NCBI GenBank assembly: GCA_965649055.1
Contig: CBFGJG010000018.1
Coordinates: 1-37,008 of the forward strand
DNA from: a candidate division WOR-3 bacterium
Lineage (GTDB): Bacteria; Hydrothermota; UBA3072; B12-G15
Direction of reading: 5' to 3'
DNA: 37,008 nt
This document shows, in pieces, positions 19,594-29,705 of this stretch (the stretch's first letter is position 1; each line of letters starts with the position of its first letter). The position numbers were made by a program, and so were the translations under genes. The notes beneath the pieces were generated by a model. It did not search any database and was not told the origin of the DNA. It was given only the letters and a program-made list of their open reading frames with translations.

Positions 19594-21078
19594 CTATTTT
19601 TCTTTTAAGTTTTGGAATCTGCCATTTTTTATTATAAAAACACTCACACTTGAAATATCATTTTTTGCATCAATAGAACCTGCATAAAGATTAATACTCG
19701 AAAGATTTATTCCACCAAAACCTTTTGATGCATCTGATGATAGGACTAAATCAATCAATTTTGCAGCATCATATCCAAGCTGCTTTAATCTCAATTCCTC
19801 CGGACTATTATTGTCTTTGAATATCCCGTCTGATTTTACTTCTTTTTCAAAGACAAAAACACCTTCAAAGTAATCCTTACCTATTTTATTTATTAACTCA
19901 TAAGATTTCCACCCACTATTCCCAAGTATATGAGCCCGGACATTATAGAATTTTATCTGAGGGACTAATAATATAAGGTCTTCTGAATTACCTGGAACAA
20001 AAAGAACATCAGCATCGCTTCTTGAAACTTCTTTAAGTATATCTTTGAAATCACTCTGATTTTTTAAAAAACTAGTTGAGTAAACGACCTTACCACCAAG
20101 CGATTCAAAATATTCTTTAAAATCATTGTAGGACTTCCTTCCAAACTCAGTTTCTGGAAACAGTATTGCTGCTTTTCTACCACTAAGTAAATTATAGGCG
20201 TATTGTGCAGCTGCATAACATTCAAGGGTTGATGATTTGTTTATACATAAATAATAATTACCGAATGATTCAGGAATATTTGAAGAAGCAGTTGGTGAAA
20301 CCATAGGTATTTCATAAAGATTTGAAAATATTGAAGCAATAACTGAATTAGTTGAAAGAACAGGTCCTATAGCACCATCAAATTTCTTAGTTACAATATC
20401 TTTCATAATATTATATGTTTTTGAATAATCCTCCATATTATCATAGAAAAAAAATGTGAATTTTGAAGAAGAATATCTTTCTATTCCTTCTTTAACAAGT
20501 TTACCTATTTCTGAATATTCCCCTGATAAAGGCAGGATAACCGCAATCTTATAAACCTTTTCACCTTTTAAGAAATTTCTTGCTTCATATACTAATGGAT
20601 GATTCGGATAATTGTTCAAAAAAATCCTGTATACCCTTCCAGCAGATTTAATATCACCGTCTCTAATATAATTCTTCGCAATAATAACAAGGACATCTGG
20701 TTTGATCTGTTCAGGAATTCCTTTTAATTCCTTTTCTACTATTGAAGGCTGGACCTTCCTTATAAATTCAAGGAATTTATCTTTATCACCGTATCCGAAA
20801 TTAAAAGCAAAAGAATAATACACTATTGCATCTCTTAACCTATTATTAATCTCGGCTATCTTTCCACAATAATAATATGATTTACCCAGTATCTCTTTTT
20901 CCTTTGTATTAGCAATGATTAATTTAAACAATGAATCTGCCTCTTGATACCTTTTTTGAGTAAAATATTCTACACCTTTCTGATATAAAACATTATAATT
21001 TACCTCTTCTTTTATAACAGGTTTTTTAATACAACCTAAGCTCATTAATATAAAAAACAAAATTACGAATTTTTTCAT
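19594..21078 (-). CDS. Lipoprotein with TPRs and a type I periplasmic-binding domain (LpoA/PBP-activator-like)
   Basis: Lipobox SLGC, TPR-like N-terminal half, IAVILPLSG, IGPVLS, GYDA. Confidence 0.8.
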   Translation of the reverse strand: MKKFVILFFILMSLGCIKKPVIKEEVNYNVLYQKGVEYFTQKRYQEADSLFKLIIANTKEKEILGKSYYYCGKIAEINNRLRDAIVYYSFAFNFGYGDKDKFLEFIRKVQPSIVEKELKGIPEQIKPDVLVIIAKNYIRDGDIKSAGRVYRIFLNNYPNHPLVYEARNFLKGEKVYKIAVILPLSGEYSEIGKLVKEGIERYSSSKFTFFFYDNMEDYSKTYNIMKDIVTKKFDGAIGPVLSTNSVIASIFSNLYEIPMVSPTASSNIPESFGNYYLCINKSSTLECYAAAQYAYNLLSGRKAAILFPETEFGRKSYNDFKEYFESLGGKVVYSTSFLKNQSDFKDILKEVSRSDADVLFVPGNSEDLILLVPQIKFYNVRAHILGNSGWKSYELINKIGKDYFEGVFVFEKEVKSDGIFKDNNSPEELRLKQLGYDAAKLIDLVLSSDASKGFGGINLSSINLYAGSIDAKNDISSVSVFIIKNGRFQNLKEK

Positions 21079-21157
21079 AAATTTATAATAACTTTTAAAA
21101 CAAATTTGTCAAATAAATTTGGTTGACATTTAATTATCTACTTTTAGATTTCTATTT
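21079..21157. promoter_or_regulatory. Divergent pair of leaderless promoters
   Basis: Minus: TTGACA-16-TATTAT-6 nt-ATG(21078). Plus: TTGACA(21123)-16-TAGATT-7 nt-ATG(21158). Confidence 0.55.
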
Positions 21158-21646
21158 ATGGAAGTTTATATAACTGGATTGGTAATATTTTTATTAACGC
21201 TTTCTATATATATTTATCTTTTTATTAAGGATAAAAAAAGAATAAAAAGTGCTTCAAGGCTTGGAATTAAAGTTCTTTTTAAGAATTCTATAAGGATATT
21301 CTCTATCTTCATAATAATAGGAATTCTACAGAATTTTCTTACAAAAGAAAACGTTTCTGCATTTCTCCTGAAGTTTTCAGGTTTAAAAGGGATCCTCGCA
21401 GGATTTCTGGCAGGAAGTATTATGATGGGTCCGGTTGCTTCAGGTTACCCCATAGCAGAATATGTAAGAAATAATGGAGGAACTATTGGCCTTGTGAGTT
21501 CCTTTCTTACTTCATGGGTTCTTATTGGAATTATTTCTATATCAATGGAATTTAAGAATCTTGGAACGAAATTTGCAGTTTTAAAGAATATCTTCTCTTT
21601 GATTATAATAATGTTAATATCAATTATTATGGAGTTATTACTATGA
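21158..21646 (+). CDS. Predicted permease subunit (DUF318/ArsP-like half)
   Basis: Hydrophobic; GSIMMGP..GYP motif. Confidence 0.75.
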   Translation: MEVYITGLVIFLLTLSIYIYLFIKDKKRIKSASRLGIKVLFKNSIRIFSIFIIIGILQNFLTKENVSAFLLKFSGLKGILAGFLAGSIMMGPVASGYPIAEYVRNNGGTIGLVSSFLTSWVLIGIISISMEFKNLGTKFAVLKNIFSLIIIMLISIIMELLL

Positions 21647-22128
21647 AGGATAAGATTAAAGATTATATTGTAGAGATAATTATAGTTATAATAGCGATAA
21701 TACTAATGATTTTTAATCTAAAAAAAGTCTCGTTCGGAATCTTTTATGCTATTAGAATGTATTTAAGATTTTTTCCTGTAATTATATCTATCGCATTTAT
21801 CAATGGAATTATCTCTGTGTTTGTCCCTAAAGATGTTATATCAAAACTTCTTGGGACTGAAAGCGGAATTAAAGGTATACTTGTTGGTTCTATTTTCGGA
21901 ACTGTTATGGTTGGTCCTGCTTATGTTTTTTATCCCTTTTTTAAAGAACTTATTGAAAAAGGTGCATCTTATGGAGTTATTGCAACAACTATTTTTGCCT
22001 GGGGTATAAAATTACAATGGATTCCTTTTGGTGGTGCTATTTTGGGATGGAAATTTATAATTTTACTTAATACACTCATATTTATTTTTTCAATATTATC
22101 AGGTCTTATATTCAATAGAATTTTTTAA
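21643..22128 (+). CDS. Predicted permease subunit (paralogous half)
   Basis: LG..SG.KG, GTVMVGP.YVFYP, KGAS motifs; ATGA overlap with its partner. Confidence 0.75.
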   Translation: MKDKIKDYIVEIIIVIIAIILMIFNLKKVSFGIFYAIRMYLRFFPVIISIAFINGIISVFVPKDVISKLLGTESGIKGILVGSIFGTVMVGPAYVFYPFFKELIEKGASYGVIATTIFAWGIKLQWIPFGGAILGWKFIILLNTLIFIFSILSGLIFNRIF

Positions 22129-22264
22129 AAGAGTAAAAATTTTCAGAAAGCTCAGAGACATGATGTAACAATTTATTATAGTAATTATTTAAATTTTGTA
22201 TATTAAATATTCTATGTATGAATTCTTCCTCATAAAATTAAAATACAGATAATATGTGGTTACT

Positions 22265-22555
22265 TTATTTATGAAATCTTCTCTTGAATCTATCTTCTAA
22301 TCTCATTGCTCCAAATCCAATTAATGCCACAATGTCTTTGTCTTCTACTTCAGTTATTTTATCAGGTATTCTCTAAGGCTTTCTCTTCAAATCCATAAGT
22401 CCAGATGATCCTTTAAGTTTGTATCTTTTTACCCATTTAACTACCCTCTTTATATTCACTTCAAATTCTTTTGCAGTCTTCCTATAAGACCTTTATCCAT
22501 AATAATAGTCAACCATCTTTTTCCTAACTTAAAAAATTATTTTTTGTAAGTTCAT
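22265..22555 (-). pseudogene. Degraded IS481-like transposase N-terminal HTH remnant
   Basis: One frame with three internal stops: ...RSYRKTAKEFEVNIKRVVKWVKRYKLKGSSGLMDLKRKP*RIPDK...GFGAMRL. Confidence 0.7.
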
Positions 22556-22670
22556 AACCCCTATCTTTACTATCAAAACTTTCCACCATGTGCATGATCT
22601 TTTCCAAACAATAAAAATTTTTTCCTTGACAAAATAAATTTATATATTTTAATGGGAAAAAGGAGGTTAT

Positions 22671-23213
22671 ATGAAAAAGTTTGTGTTAATTGCGTTGTTT
22701 TGTTTAGTTTTGAGTGGTTATGGACTCACACTAAGCATTGGTGGCGCATACGAAAATCTTGCAACGGGCGACACACTTGACAAAGCTTATTTTGCTCTAA
22801 AAGGACAATTATCGGTTGACATCCTTCCACTTCTTACATGGCGTGCAGGAATTCTAAATGTTGAATTCCCCGAAGGTGTAACATCTTTTAGATTGGGAAC
22901 CGGATTATCTTCTGACATACTCATAAACCTTCCTCTTCCACTTCCGTTGAAATTATACGGAGTAACCGGTTTTGTTTTTGCATTAAAAAGTGCATCTGAC
23001 TCAACTGCTATGGATGTAACTTATTACACATTGAAAGCAGGTCTTGGGGCAAAAATGACAATAATTCCTATGGTTGGAGTATATGTTGAAGGTGGTGTTG
23101 ATTACTATTCAACAAATGTTAAGATTCCTGCTATTGACTATGACAACACCACAACATCACATCCTGTTTATATAACAGGTGGTGTTTGTATACCAATCCC
23201 ACTTGGGAAATAA
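22671..23213 (+). CDS. Secreted protein, probably a small outer-membrane beta-barrel
   Basis: AGGAGG RBS, signal peptide MKKFVLIALF..., alternating amphipathic beta strands. Confidence 0.7.
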   Translation: MKKFVLIALFCLVLSGYGLTLSIGGAYENLATGDTLDKAYFALKGQLSVDILPLLTWRAGILNVEFPEGVTSFRLGTGLSSDILINLPLPLPLKLYGVTGFVFALKSASDSTAMDVTYYTLKAGLGAKMTIIPMVGVYVEGGVDYYSTNVKIPAIDYDNTTTSHPVYITGGVCIPIPLGK

Positions 23214-23220
23214 TGTAATT

Positions 23221-23250
23221 ATAAAGGGGGTTTTTCGCCCCCTTTATTTT
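23221..23250 (+). terminator. Rho-independent terminator
   Basis: ATAAAGGGGG-TTTTTCG-CCCCCTTTAT followed by TTT. Confidence 0.8.
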
Positions 23251-23296
23251 AAAAAAATACTTGACAAGATTTAAAATTTATTTTAATAATTAATTA

Positions 23297-23758
23297 ATGA
23301 AAATTAAAGATATCTTCAAAAATACTATAGTTGTTCTTGATGTTGAAGCAAAATCAAAAAATGAATTATTTAAAAAATTAATTGATTATCTTCCAATTGA
23401 TAAGGAGAAAAAAAATTTCGTTTACGATACATTGATTAAGAGGGAGAGTTTCGGCTCTACAGGTATTGGTGATGGAATTGCAATTCCCCATGCAAGGGTC
23501 TTATTACTTAAAGACCTTATGATAGTAATAGGCAGGCTTAAAAAACCAGTTGATTTTGATGCTATTGACGGAAAACCTGTAAGGATAGTTTTTCTTATAG
23601 TCGCACCCCCAAATGATACTAAAAACAGATATTTAATAACACTTGGTAAAATAGCAGAACTTGCAAGGGAATTAAATAAGAATAAAAAGATATTCGAGAT
23701 AGACGATAAAAATCAATTCCTTGAAGAACTGATTAAATTGCTTGAAAAAAAGAAATGA
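23297..23758 (+). CDS. PTS EIIA (fructose/Ntr type) domain protein
   Basis: RES.GSTGIG.GIAIPHAR, FDAIDGKPV. Confidence 0.9.
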   Translation: MKIKDIFKNTIVVLDVEAKSKNELFKKLIDYLPIDKEKKNFVYDTLIKRESFGSTGIGDGIAIPHARVLLLKDLMIVIGRLKKPVDFDAIDGKPVRIVFLIVAPPNDTKNRYLITLGKIAELARELNKNKKIFEIDDKNQFLEELIKLLEKKK

Positions 23759-24087
23759 ACAAATCACTTGAATATCTTTTACAACTACAGCAAATTGATA
23801 TTCTTTTGAAAGAAAAAGATGTTGAGGAAAAAACAGGTTTTAAAATAAGCAACCTCGAATCTCTAAAAGATGCCAGGCAAAAGATTGTAGAAAAATTAGG
23901 ACAGCAATTATACAACAAATATGAAAGGATAAAGGCAGCTTATGGAAACAGTGTTGTTTCAGTTGTAGATGGTATATGTCTAGGTTGTTTTTCTGTTTTG
24001 CCTACTGCACTTGTCTCTCAAAAAGATAAAAATGAAAGGATAATAAATTGTCCTAATTGTGGTAGGTTTTTAATCTGGCTTGAATAA
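23755..24087 (+). CDS. Short C4 zinc-ribbon protein (DUF164-type)
   Basis: LLQLQQID, YERI, CLGC...CPNCGRFL. Confidence 0.85.
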   Translation: MNKSLEYLLQLQQIDILLKEKDVEEKTGFKISNLESLKDARQKIVEKLGQQLYNKYERIKAAYGNSVVSVVDGICLGCFSVLPTALVSQKDKNERIINCPNCGRFLIWLE

Positions 24088-24088
24088 A

Positions 24089-25081
24089 TCATTTCAAATG
24101 TCCTTCAGAGAATATTATAAAAGAATTTATTTTATGTTTTTTTAATATGTCAATTTCCTCCTGTATTTCATAATTTGAACAAAGGAATGCACCTATTGTT
24201 GGTATTATATTATAATTTGAAAGCTTTTTTACCCTTCTTTCATAATCATTAAAATTGGATGTATATATCATTGGTGATACACCATCAACATACCCTTCTT
24301 TTAGCCAGCTTTCCCAATCCTGGAAGTAATCTTTCTTTGCATAAATAGGATCTGGAAAAACAAACGCAAATAGTTTTAAACCTGTGTTTGATTTTATTCT
24401 TTTTACAGTTTTGGTAATCTGTGATACTTTTAAATATTTTATTATATCCTTTTCAGTAAAATCTAAGAAATATCTTAAAGGGTCATTAATATCAATATAA
24501 AATTCTCGCATTAAACTATCATACATAAAATTCTCAAAACCATATGAAGGACCTGGATATCTAATATAATCAAGAAATAAACCTTTTAGATTATACTTGC
24601 TCTCTATATATTTTATAAAATTAATCAGAGTATCAATATAAATCTGGATAAAAGGAGAAATAAAATAACCTGTTAGATTTCTTTCTTTCAATTCATCAAC
24701 ACTCATATTAATATTTTTAAAACCTTTATAATCCACAACAAACCATTCTTTATTTCTATGTGTAAGATGTTCTTTCTTGGGTGGAAAATCAGTCTGTGAC
24801 CAAACATAAAAAACATTTATTACACCATAAACATCGATTTTTCTGATTTTTGCCATTTCAATGAGATAACCTAATAAATCTTCATCTGTTCTTAACTCCT
24901 CAAATAATGGAAAATATGGATTTTTAACAAGAGATTCACCCCTTGCATATATTTGAACTAATATTGAATTTAGATTGAATCTACTACATTTTTCAATAAT
25001 TCTATTAACATCGCCTTTGTTAGTTATTTCCCACCTTATAACAAATAAACCTGCTATATTTGATAAGATGCAAAAAATCAC
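24089..25081 (-). CDS. Glycosyl hydrolase-like 10 (GHL10) family protein
   Basis: LVQI..RG, GLFLDYIRYP, QDW..WL..G.VD.V.PMIY. Confidence 0.8.
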   Translation of the reverse strand: MIFCILSNIAGLFVIRWEITNKGDVNRIIEKCSRFNLNSILVQIYARGESLVKNPYFPLFEELRTDEDLLGYLIEMAKIRKIDVYGVINVFYVWSQTDFPPKKEHLTHRNKEWFVVDYKGFKNINMSVDELKERNLTGYFISPFIQIYIDTLINFIKYIESKYNLKGLFLDYIRYPGPSYGFENFMYDSLMREFYIDINDPLRYFLDFTEKDIIKYLKVSQITKTVKRIKSNTGLKLFAFVFPDPIYAKKDYFQDWESWLKEGYVDGVSPMIYTSNFNDYERRVKKLSNYNIIPTIGAFLCSNYEIQEEIDILKKHKINSFIIFSEGHLK

Positions 25082-26391
25082 ATCCTGAAACCTAACCTGT
25101 AAACATTCTTTGCCTTTATATCCTTTGTTCCGTTCCTCGTGTCGTAAACCAGCTTTGAATTCTTCACTATGAATTTATAATCATAACAGGAATGTGCTGC
25201 TGTTATCACTACAATATCAAATTTTTTAAGAATCTTTTCATCTATTTTTAAAGATTTAAATTTTTTATTCATAATCTCTATTTCATCATTATACGGGTCA
25301 TTATAACAAACCTCTTTTGCAATCGAGTATAAAAGTTCAAATACTTTCAATGCAGGAGAATGTCTTAAATCACTTATATTCTCTTTGAATGCCATACCTA
25401 AAAGTAGAATCTTTGCATTCTTCATAGGTATTTCATTTTCGTTTAAAATATCCTGAATCCTTTTCACCACATAATATGGCATCTCCTCATTCACCCTTGC
25501 TGAAAGCTCTATGAATGTTGTATGGAAATCGTATTCCCTTGCCTTCCAGGAAAGATAATACGGATCTATTGGTATACAATGTCCGCCTATTCCAGGGCCT
25601 GGATAGAAAGGCATAAATCCATAAGGTTTTGTGCTTGCTGCCTTTATAACTTCCCATACATCAATTCCACCCATCCTCTCACATAACAATGCAATCTCAT
25701 TAACAAGTGCTATGTTGACATTCCTAAAGGTATTTTCAAGAAGCTTAGTCATTTCAGCCACCTTTGCATTTGAAACAGGAACAACAAGGTCTAATATTTC
25801 TCTGTAAATAGCACAAGTAATCTCGGTGCATTGTTTTGTAATTCCACCAACAACACTTGGTATTTCATGAGGTTTGAATTTTTTATTTCCCGGGTCTACC
25901 CTTTCAGGAACGAAAGACAGATAAAAATCTTTTCCAACTTTTAGACCTGATTTTTCAAGTATTGGTAAGACAATTTTCTCAGTAGTCTCAGGAAAAGTTG
26001 TGCTTTTAAGTATAATAATATGATTCTTTCTTAATAGTTTTGATATCTTTTCGGAAGCATCTATAATATAACTAACATCAGGGTCTTTTGTTATAGTGAA
26101 TGGTGTTGGAACGCATATATTTATTGCATCTGCATCTTTCAAAACTGAATAATCATCGTATACCTTGAATTTTCCGTTTCTAATATAATCTTTAAAGTCC
26201 TCATCAGAAACATCATCGATATAACTCTTTCCCTTCTTTAAAGAATCTATTTTCCCTTTGTCATAATCAACGCCTATTACAGTGAAATCTTTCTGTAAGA
26301 AACTTACTGCAAGTGGTAAACCAACATAACCAAGACCTACAACACCAATCACCAGCCTTCTTTCCTTCAAATCTCTTTCAATATTATTCAT
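25078..26391 (-). CDS. UDP-N-acetylhexosamine 6-dehydrogenase (WbpA/WecC-like nucleotide sugar dehydrogenase)
   Basis: GLGYVGLP, CVPTP, PERVDPG, KLLENTFR, GGHCIP.DP, DLRHSP. Confidence 0.92.
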   Translation of the reverse strand: MNNIERDLKERRLVIGVVGLGYVGLPLAVSFLQKDFTVIGVDYDKGKIDSLKKGKSYIDDVSDEDFKDYIRNGKFKVYDDYSVLKDADAINICVPTPFTITKDPDVSYIIDASEKISKLLRKNHIIILKSTTFPETTEKIVLPILEKSGLKVGKDFYLSFVPERVDPGNKKFKPHEIPSVVGGITKQCTEITCAIYREILDLVVPVSNAKVAEMTKLLENTFRNVNIALVNEIALLCERMGGIDVWEVIKAASTKPYGFMPFYPGPGIGGHCIPIDPYYLSWKAREYDFHTTFIELSARVNEEMPYYVVKRIQDILNENEIPMKNAKILLLGMAFKENISDLRHSPALKVFELLYSIAKEVCYNDPYNDEIEIMNKKFKSLKIDEKILKKFDIVVITAAHSCYDYKFIVKNSKLVYDTRNGTKDIKAKNVYRLGFRM

Positions 26392-27724
26392 AATTACTCC
26401 TTTTTTTATAATCCTTTAAAAATTTTATAGCTTCTTTCTTGTTCTTTACAATACCTTCAATATAGGCTGCCTGAGCAATTCTTATTAATCTCCCGATCTC
26501 CGGTCCTTCTTTCAATTTAAGATGTTTAATAATATCTCTTCCCATAATCACTGGTTTTATCTGTTTTCTCTTTGTATAATAATAATTCAATATTTTTTCA
26601 GATGTTTCCAGAACTCTTTTAATATTTTCTCCTCCTGAAGCCATCTCGTCAGCAAATGTAAAAAGTATCAAGCCTATAATATCCTCTCCCATCTTAAAAA
26701 TTATTCTTCTAATTGCCTTCTCGGTGATTTGAGTTGCTGATAGAAGATGTAACCACATATGATTTTTTAATATGTTATATATATAATCAATTTCTCTATT
26801 AGAAAATCTCAAAGCCTTTCCAGTCCTTTTAAACCATTCTGCTGCTTCCTTATCATGTCCGTAGAAATGTATTTTATCATCAATAATCATTGTATCCGGT
26901 TTCTTTATATCGTGTAATAATGTTGCAATTCTTAAAAGGTAAACCTTGTCTTTGACATATCTTTTTATATGTTTCCTGAAATTTTTTAACAATTCTTCAT
27001 CTTTTATTATATTCTCAAGATATTTCAGGGAAAAAATAGAATGCTCAAGCAATGAATACTCTGAGTTTATAGAACCTTTAATCTCTTTCATTTTTAAGAA
27101 CCCGGGGAAAATAATATCATAAATTTCTGGTATTATAGATTTATACGAGTCAGAAGATGAAAAAATAAAAACAAGTTCCTGATGTATCCTCTCAGGTGCT
27201 GAATTTTTAATAAGATTTGCATATTCTTTAAATATTTTCAATGTATTATCTTCTATTGTAAAGCCAAGTTCACACATCATTCTTAAACCACGTAGAATCC
27301 TTACAGGGTCTTCTTTTATATTCTCTGCTGAGTTAGCCTTTATGATTCCTGATTTTAAATCCCTGATACCATCAAACGGATCAAAAAAATCAAGACTTTT
27401 TATATTCATAGCCATACTATTTATTGTGAAATCCCTTCTTTTCAAATCATAAATAATATCTTTTTCAAGACCAAGAACATCAATTATTCCTCCGTTAACA
27501 ATAACACGCCATTCATCAAATTCTTCCTTTAATTTAAAAGGATTCCCGAATAAAGAAGCAAATTTTTTAGCATCTCCATAAACAGCAATATCAAGATCCC
27601 TTGATTTCCTACCTAATAAAAAATCTCTGAGATAACCACCTACAATAAATATCTCGTATTCCTTAATTTCTTTTAATTTCTGAATTATCCCGTCCCTATA
27701 AATTCTATCAAATCGAAATATCAA
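26384..27724 (-). CDS. cca: Class II tRNA nucleotidyltransferase with HD domain (probably CC-adding)
   Basis: VGGYLRD..L...DLD, DLKRRDFTINSMA, EDPVRILR, ERI, LLHD. Confidence 0.85.
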   Translation of the reverse strand: MIFRFDRIYRDGIIQKLKEIKEYEIFIVGGYLRDFLLGRKSRDLDIAVYGDAKKFASLFGNPFKLKEEFDEWRVIVNGGIIDVLGLEKDIIYDLKRRDFTINSMAMNIKSLDFFDPFDGIRDLKSGIIKANSAENIKEDPVRILRGLRMMCELGFTIEDNTLKIFKEYANLIKNSAPERIHQELVFIFSSSDSYKSIIPEIYDIIFPGFLKMKEIKGSINSEYSLLEHSIFSLKYLENIIKDEELLKNFRKHIKRYVKDKVYLLRIATLLHDIKKPDTMIIDDKIHFYGHDKEAAEWFKRTGKALRFSNREIDYIYNILKNHMWLHLLSATQITEKAIRRIIFKMGEDIIGLILFTFADEMASGGENIKRVLETSEKILNYYYTKRKQIKPVIMGRDIIKHLKLKEGPEIGRLIRIAQAAYIEGIVKNKKEAIKFLKDYKKRSNYE

Positions 27725-29705
27725 CTTTTTCTCCGTGTTTTTCGTATTTTCTACCGCAAGAGCAGATGGCCTTATTATTTTTGAAATTCAGTTTATTACC
27801 GCAGACACATATGTATCCACATTTTTTAGCAGGATTACCACAAACAATTGTATATGCAGGAACATCTTTTGTTACAACACTTCCAGCACCAATCATTGCC
27901 CATTTTCCTATTTTTAAATCACAAAGGATTGTTGAATTTGCACCAATAGTAGCACCTTCCTCAACTATTGTCTTTAACCATTCTTTATGTTTTGGGTAAG
28001 GAGCCCTTGGATATTTATTATGCATAAAAGTTACTTCGGGTCCTATGAAACAATTATCACCAATCTCAACCATTGTGTATATATTTACACCATTCTGTAT
28101 CTTCACATTATTACCAACTTTTGCATTTTTACCAATAAAAACATTCTGTCCTATATTACAATTTTTACCCACATTACCCATAATATGTGAAAAATGCCAG
28201 ATCTTTGTCCCTTCACCTATATTCGCATATTTTTCAACGATTGCTGTTTTATGCTTGAAATATCTTCTTCTTGAACTAATGATTATTGTAAAAACCACAA
28301 CTGATAAAAACAGCCAACCGAAAAAATCACCAATGACTGTATATATAGTTTTCCTATCGTATACAGACACATTGTTTTTTATTATATCACTTTCAAATAA
28401 TTTAGTTTTTCTAACTATTTTTCCTGTTGGGTCTATGTATGCACTAATTCCAGAGTTTGCACACCTTAAAACTGGTTTTTTATATTCAACAGCCCTTAAG
28501 ATAGAATTCTCAAAATGCTGATATGGGCCAAGTGTTCTACCAAACCAGGCATCTTCAGTAATATTTATCACCAAATCTGCACCCATTCTTACGAATCTTC
28601 TAACAAGCCTTGGGAATATCTGTTCGAAACATATAAGTGCGCAGAATTTAATATCTTTTATCTCAAATATTGTATAAGATTTTCCGGGATTAAAAGAACC
28701 CTGACCGAATTCTATTTTGTTCAAAACAGGAAGGACGTCGTTATAAGGCAATCTTTCAACAAACGGAACAAGATATTTTTTTCTATGGACACCTTTAAGA
28801 ATCCCATCATAAAATAGAGCAGCGGAATTGTAATATTTAAATCTTTGACCTCTTTCAAACTCAATTGTTCCAACAAGTATTCCTGCATTAAGAGAATCAG
28901 AAATATTCTTAAATATCTGTGAACAACTTTCATAGTTTATAGCGTTACAGGGAGATGATGATTCAGGAAGTATATATAATTCCGAACCTTCTTTTACCAT
29001 TTCTTTAATCGTATTAAGCCTTGTTTCATATTCATTGTATCTTTTGTCGTCAGGAGAAATATTTAATTGTATAATCTCAGCAGAAATTCCCCTATCAGAG
29101 CTTTTCAAGGTAACAATATCAACTATAGAGTATAAAAAGAGGAAAATAAATATAGAAACTATAATGAAACCATATTTAAATTTTTTCTCTTTTATCAATC
29201 TGTAAATCAAATAATTTATTAAGACAATTATAAAAGTAAGCATAGGAACACCTCCTATATCAGCAATTTGTATTAAGAATCTGTAATATGATTGTGTATA
29301 TGCAAGACTTCCCCATGGGAAACCAAATGAACTTGAGAGAGACCTGAAGAATTCTAATCCAGAAAAAACAAATGGTAAAATAATTTTATATTTAGTCTTT
29401 TTGTAAAGATAAAATGTCAGGCCAAAATAAGAAGAAAGATAAGCAATCATAAGAAAGAAACCAAGGACAACCCATGGTCTTGTTTCACTTTCAACATTTG
29501 AAAATGGCACCCAATATAAATGAAGAATATAAAAAAATAAACCAAAAAGGTAACCTGTTAAAAAAGGTTTTTTATCATCTTCTATAGAAATTAAAATCGG
29601 AATAAAAGAAAAATATGCAAGAAAACCAAAAGAGAAAGAACCTATTTTTAGAAATGAGATAAATAAAATTATAGAGGAAAGAAGTATTGGTAATATCCTC
29701 TTCAA
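27708..29705 (-). CDS. lnt: Apolipoprotein N-acyltransferase fused to a hexapeptide-repeat (WbpD-like) acetyltransferase
   Basis: GFPW, catalytic triad LPE / K..LVPF.E / ICFEQ, DAWFG, RAVE; C-terminal IGEGTKIWHFSH...GATIGANSTI...GNPA and a CxC..CxC tail. Confidence 0.9.
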   Translation of the reverse strand: MKRILPILLSSIILFISFLKIGSFSFGFLAYFSFIPILISIEDDKKPFLTGYLFGLFFYILHLYWVPFSNVESETRPWVVLGFFLMIAYLSSYFGLTFYLYKKTKYKIILPFVFSGLEFFRSLSSSFGFPWGSLAYTQSYYRFLIQIADIGGVPMLTFIIVLINYLIYRLIKEKKFKYGFIIVSIFIFLFLYSIVDIVTLKSSDRGISAEIIQLNISPDDKRYNEYETRLNTIKEMVKEGSELYILPESSSPCNAINYESCSQIFKNISDSLNAGILVGTIEFERGQRFKYYNSAALFYDGILKGVHRKKYLVPFVERLPYNDVLPVLNKIEFGQGSFNPGKSYTIFEIKDIKFCALICFEQIFPRLVRRFVRMGADLVINITEDAWFGRTLGPYQHFENSILRAVEYKKPVLRCANSGISAYIDPTGKIVRKTKLFESDIIKNNVSVYDRKTIYTVIGDFFGWLFLSVVVFTIIISSRRRYFKHKTAIVEKYANIGEGTKIWHFSHIMGNVGKNCNIGQNVFIGKNAKVGNNVKIQNGVNIYTMVEIGDNCFIGPEVTFMHNKYPRAPYPKHKEWLKTIVEEGATIGANSTILCDLKIGKWAMIGAGSVVTKDVPAYTIVCGNPAKKCGYICVCGNKLNFKNNKAICSCGRKYEKHGEKVDISI

